From Haliangiales bacterium (GTDB lineage Bacteria; Myxococcota_A; Polyangia; Haliangiales; Haliangiaceae), in the NCBI GenBank assembly GCA_041916575.1, contig JAYRZI010000003.1, forward strand, positions 36,234 to 68,233: 32,000 bases of DNA. Direction: 5' to 3'. Shown piece after piece: positions 16,570 through 26,200 of this stretch (position 1 is its first letter; every line of letters starts with the position of its first letter). The notes beneath the pieces are model-generated. The model had not been told where the DNA came from. It ran no database searches and worked only from the letters and a program-made list of their open reading frames with translations. The translations under genes were made by a program, and so were the position numbers.

Positions 16570-17544
16570 ATGCGCGCCGTACGGATTCACCAGCTCACCG
16601 GCCCAAGCGGCCTCGTCGTCGACGAGGTGACCGACCCGACGGCCGGCCCCGGCCAGGTCGTCATCGCCGTCGAGGCGGCCGGGGTCAACTTCCCCGATCT
16701 GCTCATCACCTACGGCAAGTACCAGTTTCGGCCCACGCCGCCGTTCTCTCCTGGCGGTGAGGCCGCCGGCGTGGTTTGCGAGGTCGGCGCAGGAGTCACC
16801 TCGCTCGCTGTCGGCGACCGCGTCGCCGCCACCGTGCTCCATGGCGCCTTCGCGGAGAAGCTGGCCGTGCCAGAGGCCGCCGCGGTCAAGCTGCCGCCGG
16901 CCGTGACCATGCAGCAGGGCGCGGCCACGCTCCTCACCTACGCCACCACCTACCACGCCCTCGTCGATCGCGCGGCGCTACGCTCCGGCGAGAGCCTGCT
17001 GGTGCTCGGCGCCGCCGGCGGAGTCGGCCTCGCTGCCGTCGAGCTTGGAAAGCTGCTGGGCGCGCGCGTGCTGGCGGCCGCCAGCAGCGCCGACAAGCTG
17101 GCGCTGTGCCGCGCTCACGGCGCAGACGAGCTCATCGACTACAGCCGCGAAGATCTCAAGGAGCGAGTCAAGGCGCTCACCGGCGGCGCCGGCGTCGATG
17201 TCATCTACGATCCCGTGGGAGGCAGCTACGCAGAGCCCGCGCTGCGCGCGATCGGCTGGCAAGGCAGGTATCTGGTGATCGGCTTCGCCGCCGGCGAGAT
17301 CCCGCGCATCCCGCTCAACCTCACGCTGCTCAAGGGCTGCCAGATCGTCGGCGTGTTCTGGGGCCAGTTCGCCATGCGCGAGTCTGCGAGAAACCGCGCC
17401 AACTGCGAGCAGCTCTTGCGCTGGGTCGCCGAAGGCAAGCTGGCGCCACACATCGACGAAGCGCTGCCGTTCGATCGCGCCGCCGAGGCGCTGACCCGGC
17501 TCGAGGCACGCCAGGTCAAGGGCAAGCTCCTGCTGGTCCCCTAG
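16570..17544 (+). CDS. NADPH:quinone oxidoreductase / zeta-crystallin-type medium-chain dehydrogenase
   Basis: MRAVRIHQLTGPSGLVVDEV...VVIAVEAAGVNFPDLL...PGGEAAGVV..VG.GV..LAVGDRV, a nucleotide-binding LVLGAAGGVGLAAVELGK, and a C-terminal KGKLLLVP. This is the typical Qor/MDR pattern without the Zn-ligand Cys set. Confidence 0.85.
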   Translation: MRAVRIHQLTGPSGLVVDEVTDPTAGPGQVVIAVEAAGVNFPDLLITYGKYQFRPTPPFSPGGEAAGVVCEVGAGVTSLAVGDRVAATVLHGAFAEKLAVPEAAAVKLPPAVTMQQGAATLLTYATTYHALVDRAALRSGESLLVLGAAGGVGLAAVELGKLLGARVLAAASSADKLALCRAHGADELIDYSREDLKERVKALTGGAGVDVIYDPVGGSYAEPALRAIGWQGRYLVIGFAAGEIPRIPLNLTLLKGCQIVGVFWGQFAMRESARNRANCEQLLRWVAEGKLAPHIDEALPFDRAAEALTRLEARQVKGKLLLVP

Positions 17545-17768
17545 TACCTCGCGACAGAGGTTCTGACCGGTTGAGGTTGCCGATCCATCGCCGATCGCTG
17601 CGTTGCCGCTCCTCGCGGTACGCCCGGTAGCGCTTCGTCGCGGCGCCTTGCGCTCCGCGCGCCTCGGCGCCCCTCAACCCATCATCGCCTCTATGGAAGG
17701 GTCCTAGGCCGCGCGGCCCGCCTTCGACGCGAGTTGCAGGCCGCACGTGACGCGGGCATGCTGCGCGC

Positions 17769-18389
17769 ATGTCGCCCGCCCGCGCATGCCTCGTCCTCTC
17801 GCTCCTGATCGCATGTAAGGGCCAGGATCGCGAACGGCCGCGAGCCGCCGTCGCAGAGCCCGTCACCGCCGGCGAGCCAGCCGCCGAGACCACCGCCAGC
17901 CTGGCCGCCAAGACCTGGTCCGATGCGGCCTGCGAGCCCAGCGCCGATCCGGCAGCCAAGCAGCGCGCCGGCTTCGCCGATCTCACGCTCGAAGGCGATG
18001 GCCTCGGCGAGAAGCACACCGACCTGCCCGCGCTATGCGGCGCCCTGCACACCGAGGCCACCAAGCGCTTCGCCATCGGCGATGGCACGCTGTTTCGGGT
18101 CTGCGTCCCGGGCGGCGCGCGCTTCCAGATCTCCGCAGACGTGGTGCTCTCGGGCCCGATCTCGACCGAGTTCGTGCACGACGGCACAAAGAAGACAGGC
18201 CCGCTCATCGAGCTGTACCGCCCCGACCTAGGCACCTACAACCAACGCGACGTGCCCGGCGAGAACGACAAGCTCGTGATCGCGTTCGACTGGAGCACCG
18301 TCGAGGCCGAGGTCGACGTGGTGTGGCCTTCCAAGAAGGACCGCGCGATCCGCGTGGTGGCCACCTTCCGCTGCGGCGCGATGAGGTGA
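17769..18389 (+). CDS. Hypothetical lipoprotein (206 aa)
   Basis: MSPARACLVLSLLIACKGQD has the lipobox LLIAC. Composition downstream is non-shadow-like (FAIGDGTLFRVCVPGGARFQISADVVLSGPISTEFVHDGTKK...). No family recognised. Confidence 0.6.
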   Translation: MSPARACLVLSLLIACKGQDRERPRAAVAEPVTAGEPAAETTASLAAKTWSDAACEPSADPAAKQRAGFADLTLEGDGLGEKHTDLPALCGALHTEATKRFAIGDGTLFRVCVPGGARFQISADVVLSGPISTEFVHDGTKKTGPLIELYRPDLGTYNQRDVPGENDKLVIAFDWSTVEAEVDVVWPSKKDRAIRVVATFRCGAMR

Positions 18390-18446
18390 AGCCAGGCGCA
18401 CGCAGCAGCGGGCTGCCTCGGCTCGGGCCTCAAGAGAGATCCCTCC

Positions 18447-18527
18447 TCGTGACCTTGCCCTCCCATTTTCGTGACATAGCCCTCGAAAAATTGCTGAAAA
18501 GATGACACCCGGACACGCTGTCACGAA
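18447..18527. promoter_or_regulatory. Array of TCGTGAC(A) sites upstream of the porin gene
   Basis: TCGTGAC occurs at 18447 and 18469 (22 bp apart). TTCGTGACA (18468..18476) has its exact reverse complement TGTCACGAA at 18519..18527. The array lies in the most AT-rich intergenic stretch of the window (ttttcgtgacatagccctcgaaaaattgctgaaaag). Confidence 0.4.
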
Positions 18528-18553
18528 GGCGTTTCCGAGCTGCAACATTGCGC

Positions 18554-18569
18554 TGGTACCACTGCCGCA
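18554..18569 (+). promoter_or_regulatory. Possible sigma-54 (-24/-12) promoter for the porin gene
   Basis: TGGTACCACTGCCGCA has GG-N10-GC spacing like the consensus TGGCAC-N5-TTGCA, but the -12 element is CCGCA rather than TTGCA. It lies 55 bp upstream of the ATG at 18624. Confidence 0.3.
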
Positions 18570-18623
18570 CCGATCAGGGGCACTGTGGGTGCCGTCTCGA
18601 TCGACTGACAAGGAACGCGATCC

Positions 18624-20009
18624 ATGAAAGCACAAGTAGTTACCCCTCGCCGCGCTGTCGCGGCCACCGCGCTGGCCCTGGCCCTGACGCCCGCCGGCAA
18701 CGCCCTCGCGCAGTACGCCCCGCCCGCGCCTCCGGCGCCGACCGCTCCTGTTGCCCCGGCGCCGACGCCGGCGCCCGTCCCGGCCCCTGCCGCCACCGTC
18801 GAGGCCGCCCCGGCCCCGACGGCCGAAGCCACCCCGGTCGTGGCCGAGGTCGCCCCGGTCGTGACCGAGGCCGCCCCGGTCGTAGCCGAGGCCAAGAAAG
18901 ACGAGAAGCCGACGGTGGCCGTGCGCTACGACAAGGGCTTCGTCCTGTCCAGCAGCGACGACAAGTTCGAGACTCGCATCTCGCTGCGCACGCAGTTCCG
19001 CTTCGAGACTCGCCGCGACACTGAGGACGGCGAGGAGATGGAGTCGCAGTTCTACATCGCGCGCGCCCGCCTGCAGCTCGAGGGCCACGTCTACGGCTCC
19101 GACAACCGGTACAAGCTCGAGGCCGCGCTCGGGGATCGCGGCAGCTTCACCTACGTGCGTGACGCCTTCCTCGAGCACAAGGTGGGCCAAATGTGGCTGC
19201 GGCTGGGGCAGTGGAAGCGCCCGCACAACCGGCAGGAGCTGGTGTCCGATTTCAACTCGGTGTTCAACGAGCGCGCGATCAACGCCGAGCTGGTCGGCGG
19301 CGGCCGCGACATCGGCTTCGCGGTGCACAACGACTACGAAAAGTCGCCCGAGGGGCTCGAGTGGGTCTTCGGCATCTTCAACGGCTTCGCTGGCGGCGGT
19401 GACCGCCCGGTCTCCACGCCCACCTGCACCACGGGCGCTGACGGCGCGATCACCTGCCGCAACTCCACGCCGAGCAACTTCCCCACCGACTTCCGCCCGG
19501 CGCTGGTCGGCCGCATCGGCTGGAACCACGGCAAGATCAAGGGCTACTCCGAGGGCGATCTCGAGGGCGGTCCCCTTCGCCTGGCGGTGGGCGCCAGCTA
19601 CAAGATCGACCTCGCCAACTTCGATCAAGGAGACCACTCCTCGGTCGCCGCCGCGTTCTCGCACAGCGTGCAAGCCGACCTGTTGCTGAAGGTGGAAGGA
19701 CTCGACGTCTTGGCCGCTGTGTACCTGCAGAAGCTCGCCGGCGGCAGCACTGACCTCGGCGGCCTGCTCCAGGCCGGCTACTTCTTGACCCCCAAGAAGG
19801 TCCAGCTCGCGGGCCGCTTCGCCTTGCACGAGATCTCGGAAGATCGCGCTCGCCTCGAGACGCGCGCTGCCCTCAACTACTTCCTGGCGGGCCACGCCTT
19901 CAAGGTGGCCTCCGATGCCGGCATGGTGATGGACACCGGCGAGGACGCCGCCGGCGAGAGCGACAAGCCCGAGTTGCAGCTCCGCGTGATGGCGCAGATG
20001 ACGTACTAG
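18624..20009 (+). CDS. Outer-membrane porin, phosphate-selective porin O/P (OprO/OprP) family-like
   Basis: Signal peptide ...ALALTPAGNALAQ, then a Pro/Ala-rich linker. The barrel start is VRYDKGFVLSSSDDKFETRISLRTQFRF. ARARLQLEG, LGQWKRPHNRQELVS and FNERA match Porin_O_P landmarks (RRARL.L.G, GqfK.Pfs.E...S, f.ER). The protein ends with an aromatic residue (MAQMTY). RBS AAGGA. Confidence 0.8.
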   Translation: MKAQVVTPRRAVAATALALALTPAGNALAQYAPPAPPAPTAPVAPAPTPAPVPAPAATVEAAPAPTAEATPVVAEVAPVVTEAAPVVAEAKKDEKPTVAVRYDKGFVLSSSDDKFETRISLRTQFRFETRRDTEDGEEMESQFYIARARLQLEGHVYGSDNRYKLEAALGDRGSFTYVRDAFLEHKVGQMWLRLGQWKRPHNRQELVSDFNSVFNERAINAELVGGGRDIGFAVHNDYEKSPEGLEWVFGIFNGFAGGGDRPVSTPTCTTGADGAITCRNSTPSNFPTDFRPALVGRIGWNHGKIKGYSEGDLEGGPLRLAVGASYKIDLANFDQGDHSSVAAAFSHSVQADLLLKVEGLDVLAAVYLQKLAGGSTDLGGLLQAGYFLTPKKVQLAGRFALHEISEDRARLETRAALNYFLAGHAFKVASDAGMVMDTGEDAAGESDKPELQLRVMAQMTY

Positions 20010-20097
20010 CGGGCGTGGTGCGGGCCGCGACCAACCCGGGCGGCAATTGTATCGCGGCATGCTAGGTTCCGCGAACCTGCCCGCTGCAAAGGCCCGC

Positions 20098-22035
20098 ATG
20101 CCTGCTCGATCCCATCGTTTTCCCCTCCTCCTAGGGTCGCTGTCGCTCGCTCTCGTGGCGAGCTGCGGTTCCTCCAAGCCAGCCCCTACGCCCAAGGCTG
20201 CCCGGCCGACCGCGACCGCCCCAGCCCTGGCCGCACCAGCGGCTGAGGTGGCCCCCGCCCCGACGCCCAGCCTCGACGAGCGGCGCAAGGCGCTGGCCGC
20301 GCTGCTCGAAGAGCACTGGCAAGCCGAGCTGCGCGCCAAGCCCGAGCTGGCGAGCATCCTCGGCGACAAGCGCTACAACGATCGCTGGTCAGATCGCTCG
20401 CTGTCCGGCATCCGGACGCAGCTCGAGGACAAACGGCGCTGGCTCGAGCGCTTCGAGGCCATCGACGCCGCAGCTCTGCCGGAGCAGGAGCAGCTCAGCC
20501 ACCGGCTGATGGTGCGCGACCTGCGCGAGGCGCTCGATCTGGCGCGCTTCGAAGAATGGCTGATGCCGATCGATCAGTTCGATGGCGCGCACCTGGCGCT
20601 GGCGCAGATCCCCTCGATGCTCGACCTGACCACCGCCAAGGACTACGAGGACTATCTGGCACGCCTCGACGCCGTGCCGACGGTGCTCGCCCAGATCACC
20701 GAGGTGGCGAGCGAAGGCATGAAGCGAGGGCTGATGCCGCCGCGCCTGCTGCTAGAGCAGTGCGTCGAGCAAGCCCAGGCGTTGGCGCGCGGCAAGCCCG
20801 AGCAGAGCCCGTTCTTCGCGCCGGCCAAGCAGAAGAGCCGCGGCCTGCCGGCCGCCGAGCAGCGCCGCCTGCGCGCGCGGGTCGCCAGCGCGGTGCGCAC
20901 CAAGGTGCAGCCAGCGTACGCCACCTTCGCCGCGTTCCTCCGCGACACCTACGTCCCGGCTGGGCGCGAGGAGCCAGGGATGTGGGCTTTGCCCGACGGC
21001 GCTGCACGCTACGCCGCGCGCGTCCGCCAGATGACCACCACCAACCTCAGCCCGGTGCAGATCCACGAGCTGGGCCGCGCCGAGGTATCTCGCATCGAAG
21101 ATGAACAGCTAGCGATCGGCAAGAAGCTTGGCTTCCCCACGCTCGAGGCCTTTCGCGCCCACATTCGCAAGAACCGCAAGCTGCTGGCGCGCAGCGAGGC
21201 CGACATCCTGAGCCGCTATCGCCGCTACACCGCGCAGATGTATCAGAAGCTGCCCGAGTTGTTCGGCCGCCTGCCAAAGCAGCAGATGCAGATCGAGAAG
21301 ACCGAGCCGTTCCGAGAGAAGCAGGCCGCCGCCGCCGAGTACATGCTGGGCGCCCCCGACGGATCGCGACCCGGCATGGTGCGCGTCAACACCTACCAGG
21401 CGCGCAAGCGGCTGTGGATCGACATGGAATCCACGGCCTACCACGAGGGCGTGCCCGGCCATCACTTCCAGAGCGCCCTGCAGCAAGAGCTCACCGAGCT
21501 ACCGGCCTTCCGCAGACTCCCTCTCTACGTCGCCTTCGGAGAAGGCTGGGCGCTCTACGCCGAGCGCCTGGGCAAAGAGGTGGGGCTCTACCGCGACCCT
21601 TACAGCGACTATGGCCGCCTGCAAGACGAGATGCTGCGCGCGATCCGGTTGGTAGTGGACACCGGCTTTCACGCCAAGAAGTGGCCGCGCGACAAGGTGG
21701 TGCAGTTCTTCCGCGAGCACTCCACCATCGACGAGGTGACCATCCAGTCCGAGACCAATCGCTACATCGCGGTGCCGGGACAGGCCCTCGGCTACAAGGT
21801 CGGACAGCTCACCATCTCGCGCCTGCGCGAGGAGGCGCAGCGCGAGCTCGGCGCGGCCTTCGACTTGCGCGCCTTCCACGATCGCGTGCTCGAGGCCGGC
21901 GGGCTACCGCTCGAGGTGCTCGAGGAGCGTATCGATGCGTGGATCGCCGCGCGGCGTGCGCCCGGCGCCGAGCCCGCAAGCGACGAGGCGCGCGCGGGCG
22001 GAGACCGCCCCGGCAGCGGCGACGCTCAGCGCTGA
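20098..22035 (+). CDS. DUF885-family lipoprotein (putative metallopeptidase-like)
   Basis: Start chosen at MPARSHRFPLLLGSLSLALVASCGSS (lipobox LVASC). The track start at 20047 is TTG, and an ATG at 20059 is also possible. The AYHEGVPGHHFQ motif and overall length fit DUF885. Confidence 0.8.
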   Translation: MPARSHRFPLLLGSLSLALVASCGSSKPAPTPKAARPTATAPALAAPAAEVAPAPTPSLDERRKALAALLEEHWQAELRAKPELASILGDKRYNDRWSDRSLSGIRTQLEDKRRWLERFEAIDAAALPEQEQLSHRLMVRDLREALDLARFEEWLMPIDQFDGAHLALAQIPSMLDLTTAKDYEDYLARLDAVPTVLAQITEVASEGMKRGLMPPRLLLEQCVEQAQALARGKPEQSPFFAPAKQKSRGLPAAEQRRLRARVASAVRTKVQPAYATFAAFLRDTYVPAGREEPGMWALPDGAARYAARVRQMTTTNLSPVQIHELGRAEVSRIEDEQLAIGKKLGFPTLEAFRAHIRKNRKLLARSEADILSRYRRYTAQMYQKLPELFGRLPKQQMQIEKTEPFREKQAAAAEYMLGAPDGSRPGMVRVNTYQARKRLWIDMESTAYHEGVPGHHFQSALQQELTELPAFRRLPLYVAFGEGWALYAERLGKEVGLYRDPYSDYGRLQDEMLRAIRLVVDTGFHAKKWPRDKVVQFFREHSTIDEVTIQSETNRYIAVPGQALGYKVGQLTISRLREEAQRELGAAFDLRAFHDRVLEAGGLPLEVLEERIDAWIAARRAPGAEPASDEARAGGDRPGSGDAQR

Positions 22036-23162
22036 CCGAAGCGAGCCAGCCGCAGAAAGCTCAGGTCGTGCGAGGTGCGGCCCTCGGCGGCCAGCTCCGC
22101 CAGGGCCTCGCCGATCGCGGAGGCGAACTTGAAGCCGTGCCCGGAGAAGCCGGCGGCGAAGCAAACGTTGGCGTGCTGCGGATGCACATCGACGAGGAAG
22201 TGGGTGTCCGGCGTCATCGCGTAGAGGCAAGGCTTGGCGGCGACCAGGGCGGGCTCGACGAAGGGCAGATAGGTAGCGATGATCCGCTGCACCGCTGCCG
22301 GCACCGCGGGCGCGCCCGGCGCTGCATCGGGAGACACCTCATCGAGCGGCGCATGCTCGCAGATCTTGCACCCCCACTGCCCCCAGCGCGGAAATCCATA
22401 CACGAAGCTGCCGTCGAGATCGAAGGCGAAGGCCGGCGTGCCACGCTCGGCGCTCATGGCCTCGCTGGCGGCGAACCAGAGCTGCCACACGCGATGCACG
22501 CGCACCGGCAGCGCCAGCTCGGTGAGCACCTGCGCCGCCCACGGCCCGGCCGTGACCACCAGCCGCGCGGCCGTGTAGCTGCCGGCGTCGGTGGTCACCG
22601 TGACCTGGCCGGGCGTCGCCGACCAGGCGCGCACGCGCTCGCCGGTGCGCAGCTCGGCGCCGAGCTGGCGGGCCAGCGCGGCGTACGCCGCCACGCAGCG
22701 ATCGACCTCCACGAAGCCCGCGCCTGGCTCGAACAGGCAGGTCAGATCTTCGCCGGGCGCCAGCGCAGGGAAGCGCGCGCGCGCCTGGCTCGCCGAGAGC
22801 TCCTCGATCGAGATCCCTAGCTCCTGCGCGGTGGCTCTGGCTCTGGCCTGCGGGGTGTCCGCTCCGGCGTCGTTGCGCGCGAACAGCGCCAGGCCGGTCC
22901 GGTGCAAGAGCTGAGTCTCGGTGCGCTCGCCGAGCGCATCCCAGAGCTGGTACGAGCGCTCGAGCAGCGGCACGTAGCGCGGGCTCTCGAAGTAGGCCTT
23001 GCGGATGAGCCGGGTCTCGCCGTGCGAGGCGCCGCGATCGTGCCCGAGCGCGTGTTGCTCGAGCCCGAGCACCCGTAGCCCGCGCTCGGCCAGGTGCGCA
23101 GCAGCGGAACTCCCCATGCCTCCCAGGCCGACAACGATCACATCGTAGACGCCTTGCTCCAT
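22026..23162 (-). CDS. FAD-dependent sarcosine / N-methyl-L-tryptophan oxidase family (MSOX/MTOX, SolA-like)
   Basis: Start at MEQGVYDVIVVGLGGMGSSAAAHLAERGLRVLGLEQ (ATG at plus 23160..23162), which carries a GxGxxG dinucleotide fold. HGETRLIRKAYFE and FSGHGFKFASAIGE are typical of monomeric sarcosine oxidase/MTOX. The upstream 96 aa in the track are rejected. Confidence 0.85.
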   Translation of the reverse strand: MEQGVYDVIVVGLGGMGSSAAAHLAERGLRVLGLEQHALGHDRGASHGETRLIRKAYFESPRYVPLLERSYQLWDALGERTETQLLHRTGLALFARNDAGADTPQARARATAQELGISIEELSASQARARFPALAPGEDLTCLFEPGAGFVEVDRCVAAYAALARQLGAELRTGERVRAWSATPGQVTVTTDAGSYTAARLVVTAGPWAAQVLTELALPVRVHRVWQLWFAASEAMSAERGTPAFAFDLDGSFVYGFPRWGQWGCKICEHAPLDEVSPDAAPGAPAVPAAVQRIIATYLPFVEPALVAAKPCLYAMTPDTHFLVDVHPQHANVCFAAGFSGHGFKFASAIGEALAELAAEGRTSHDLSFLRLARFGQR

Positions 23163-23265
23163 GACAGCCACTGTCTCCTGCCGCAGCGCCGCCGCCAAGA
23201 GGCCTCCGCCCCGTCTTGGACCAACCCACGCGGCGAGCCGTGGTGTAGGCTGCCCCCGAGGCCCT

Positions 23266-26200
23266 GTGACGCAAGGCTCCGGCTCCCTGCCGCCCACCGG
23301 CGACATCGATGAGTTCCGCTTGCTTCGATTGCTCGGGCGCGGCGGCATGGGTGCGGTGTATCTGGCGCACGATACCGTGCTCGATCGCGCGGTCGCGCTC
23401 AAGCTCATGCGAGTCGGCGCCAGCGAAGAGCACCGCCTGCGCTTCCTCACCGAGGCGCGCGCGTTGGCGCGAGTCCATCACCCCAACGTGGTGTCCATCT
23501 ACCGCGCCGGACTCTCGTCGCGCGGCGAGCCCTACCTGGTGCAAGAGCTCGTCAGCGGCACCTCGCTCGATCGCGGCGTCAGACCGGTGCCGCCGCGGCG
23601 CGCGCTCGAGTTGGCCATCGGCATCGCGCGCGGGCTCGCCACCGCACATCGGCGCGGCGTGCTGCACAGAGACATCAAGCCGAGCAACATCATGGTCGAC
23701 GAGACCGGCACGCCGCGCTTGCTCGATTTCGGCTTGGCCAAGTTCACCGGCGCGGCTCGCGCCGAGCCGCCGCCGACCGCCGCCTTCGACGCCACCGCCG
23801 AGCGGCTGGCCGAGCTCGACGCGACGGCGCCCGCCGCCGCGACAGCCGACCTCGGCCGCCCCGCGGCTCTCGACGCCACCGCCGAGCGGCCAGCCGCCCT
23901 CCCCACGACCGCGGCGCGCCACGCCCTCGTCACCGCCGAGCGGCCGGCTCTCGACCTCACTGCCGAGCGGCCCGCGTCTCCCAATCCGTCCATCGATCGC
24001 CGCGCCGAGGCCTGGCCGGTCACCGAGCACGACCTCGCCGACGGCTCCCACCCCGCCGATACCAGCGTCGGCACGATCCTCGGCACCCCGCGCTACATGG
24101 CGCCCGAGGTGTGGACCGGCGCGCCCGCCACCGCGCGCAGCGATCTGTACTCGCTCGGCGTGGTCCTCTACGAGCTGCTCGCCGGCGCGCCACCGCACCC
24201 CCAGACCGAGCTCGACGAGCTGCGCAGCGCTGTGCTCGAAGGGCCCGCGCCGGCCTCGCTCCGCGAGCAGGTCGCCGAGCTGCCTGTCGACTTGGCAAGC
24301 CTGGTCGCGCGCTGTCTCGAGCGAGAGCCGAGCGCTCGCCCCGAGTCGGCCGACTCCGTGCTCTACGAGCTCGAGCACATCGCGGCCGGCGCCCCGCCCA
24401 TCCCCGAAGGCAGCCCGTACCGCGGCCTAGCGCCGTTCGAGGCCGAGCAGCGCGCGCTGTTCTTCGGTCGCGGCGCCGACATCGCCGCCATCGTCGACCG
24501 GCTGCGCAGCGAGCCGCAGGTGGTGGTGGCCGGCGACTCCGGGATCGGCAAGTCGTCCCTGTGCCGTGCCGGCGTGCTGCCCGCGCTCACCGCCGGTGCT
24601 CTCGCCGACGGACGCACCTGGACCTCGACCGTGGTGGTGCCGGGGCTGGCGCCGAGCGCCGCGCTGGCCGCCGCCTTCGAATGGCAACTCCCCGAAGGCG
24701 AGCTGCCTCCCCCGGGCGAGCTGGCCCAGGAGCTGGCGCGCCGCACCACGGCCGACCGAGGCCGCGTGCTGCTCCTCGACCAAGCAGAGGAGCTAGTCAC
24801 CCTCGCCAGCCCACGCGAGGCCGAGCGCGCCGCCACGCTCCTCGCCGCCCTGGCCGAAGGCCTGCCGGGCGTGCGCCTGCTGGTCGCCGTGCGCGGCGAC
24901 TTTTTGACCCGCGTCGCCGCCCTGCCCGCCCTGCGCGGCACGCTGACCCGCAGCCTGCACCTGGTCCGCGGCCTGTCACCAGAAGACGCACGCGCCGTGG
25001 TCATCGAGCCGGCGCGAGCCAAGGGCGTGCGTTTCGAGAGCGAAGAGCTGGTCGCCAACCTGGTGAGCTCGATCCTCGAGCGGCCCGCGGCCTTGCCTTT
25101 GTTGCAGTTCGCGCTCGCCGAGCTGTGGACACACCGCGATCTGGAGCGCTCCGTGATCCCGGCGCGCGCGCTCGAAGAGCTCGGCGGCGTCGCCGGGGCG
25201 CTCGCCAGCCACGCCGATCGCGTGCTCACCGCGTTGGCCGCGCCAGAGCGCGCCGCCGCGCGCCGAGTGCTCCTGGCGCTGGTGACCGCCGAAGGCACCA
25301 GGAGCAGCCGCGGGCGCAGCGAGCTGGTCGCCGGCTCAGACACCGCCGCCGCGCTCGAGGCGCTGGTGCGCGGCCGCCTGGTGGCGGCGCGCGACGTCGC
25401 CGATGGCGAGCCGCGGTACGAGCTGGCGCACGAGTCGCTGCTCTCGGCTTGGGGCACGCTGCGCAGGTGGCTCGACGAGATCGCAGGTGAGCGCGGCGTG
25501 CGCGCCCGGCTCGCCGCCGCCGCCGAGGAGTGGCACCGGCTCGGCCGCCGCCGCGAGCTATTGTGGCGGCGCTCGCAGCTCGCCGAGACCGCCCGGCTCA
25601 GCGAGCTGCCGCCGCGCGAGCACGCCTTCCTGCGAGCCAGCCGCCGCGCCCAGCACCTGCGCACGTCGCTGGCGGTGGCGCTCGCCGCCGCCGTGCCAGC
25701 GGTGGCCGGCCTCACCTGGTGGAGCGTGTCGGCGCGCGAGCACGCCCACCGCGTCGCCGCCGTCGACTACCGGCGCGCCGCCGCCGAGGACGCCATGCGC
25801 AACGCTCGCGCCGAGCTGACCCAGGCGACCCGGCTCCGCGCCGAAGCGGTGTCACTGTTTCGCGGCGCCGCCGCCCCCAAGCTCACCGCGCCGGTGCCCG
25901 AGCTGGCGGAGGCGCTACGCCAGCACTACGAGCGCGCGGAGCAGGATCGGAACCAGCGCTGGGAGCTGGCCGAGCGCCGCTTCACCGCGGCGCGAACCGC
26001 CATGCGCGAGGCCGCGCGCCAGCTCGAGGGCGCGCTCGGGCTCGGCGCCAACCGCCACGCGGTGGCGCGCCAGCTCGCCGACGTGGTCGCCGCGCAGCTC
26101 GCGCTCGCCGAGCAAGTCGGCGACGAGACAGCGATCGCCGATCTCGAGCCGCGCCTGGCCGAGTACGACGATGGCTCGAGGCTCGAGCGCTGGCGCCGCC

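Noticed and set aside
18519-18527. Canonical Pho box upstream of the porin.
   Set aside because: Only single CTGTCAC-like half-sites are present, arranged as inverted or 22-bp-spaced copies rather than the 11-bp direct-repeat Pho box. I kept it only as a weak remark under the porin promoter finding.
18228-20369. 713-aa minus-strand ORF antisense to the porin gene.
   Set aside because: Similar shadow ORFs occur at 1933..3228, 3771..5426, 22339..24378, 24363..25715 and 25915..27006. All are low-complexity Arg/Gly/Ala/Pro translations overlapping genes with clear family motifs on the other strand or frame, so I treat them as GC-driven shadow ORFs.
23161-23265. ATG at 23161 as the kinase start.
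   Set aside because: Its ATG shares two bases with the divergent oxidase start codon (CATG), leaving no promoter or RBS space. The 35 extra residues are Arg/Pro/Ala-rich. The GTG at 23266 is more plausible, though the start remains uncertain.
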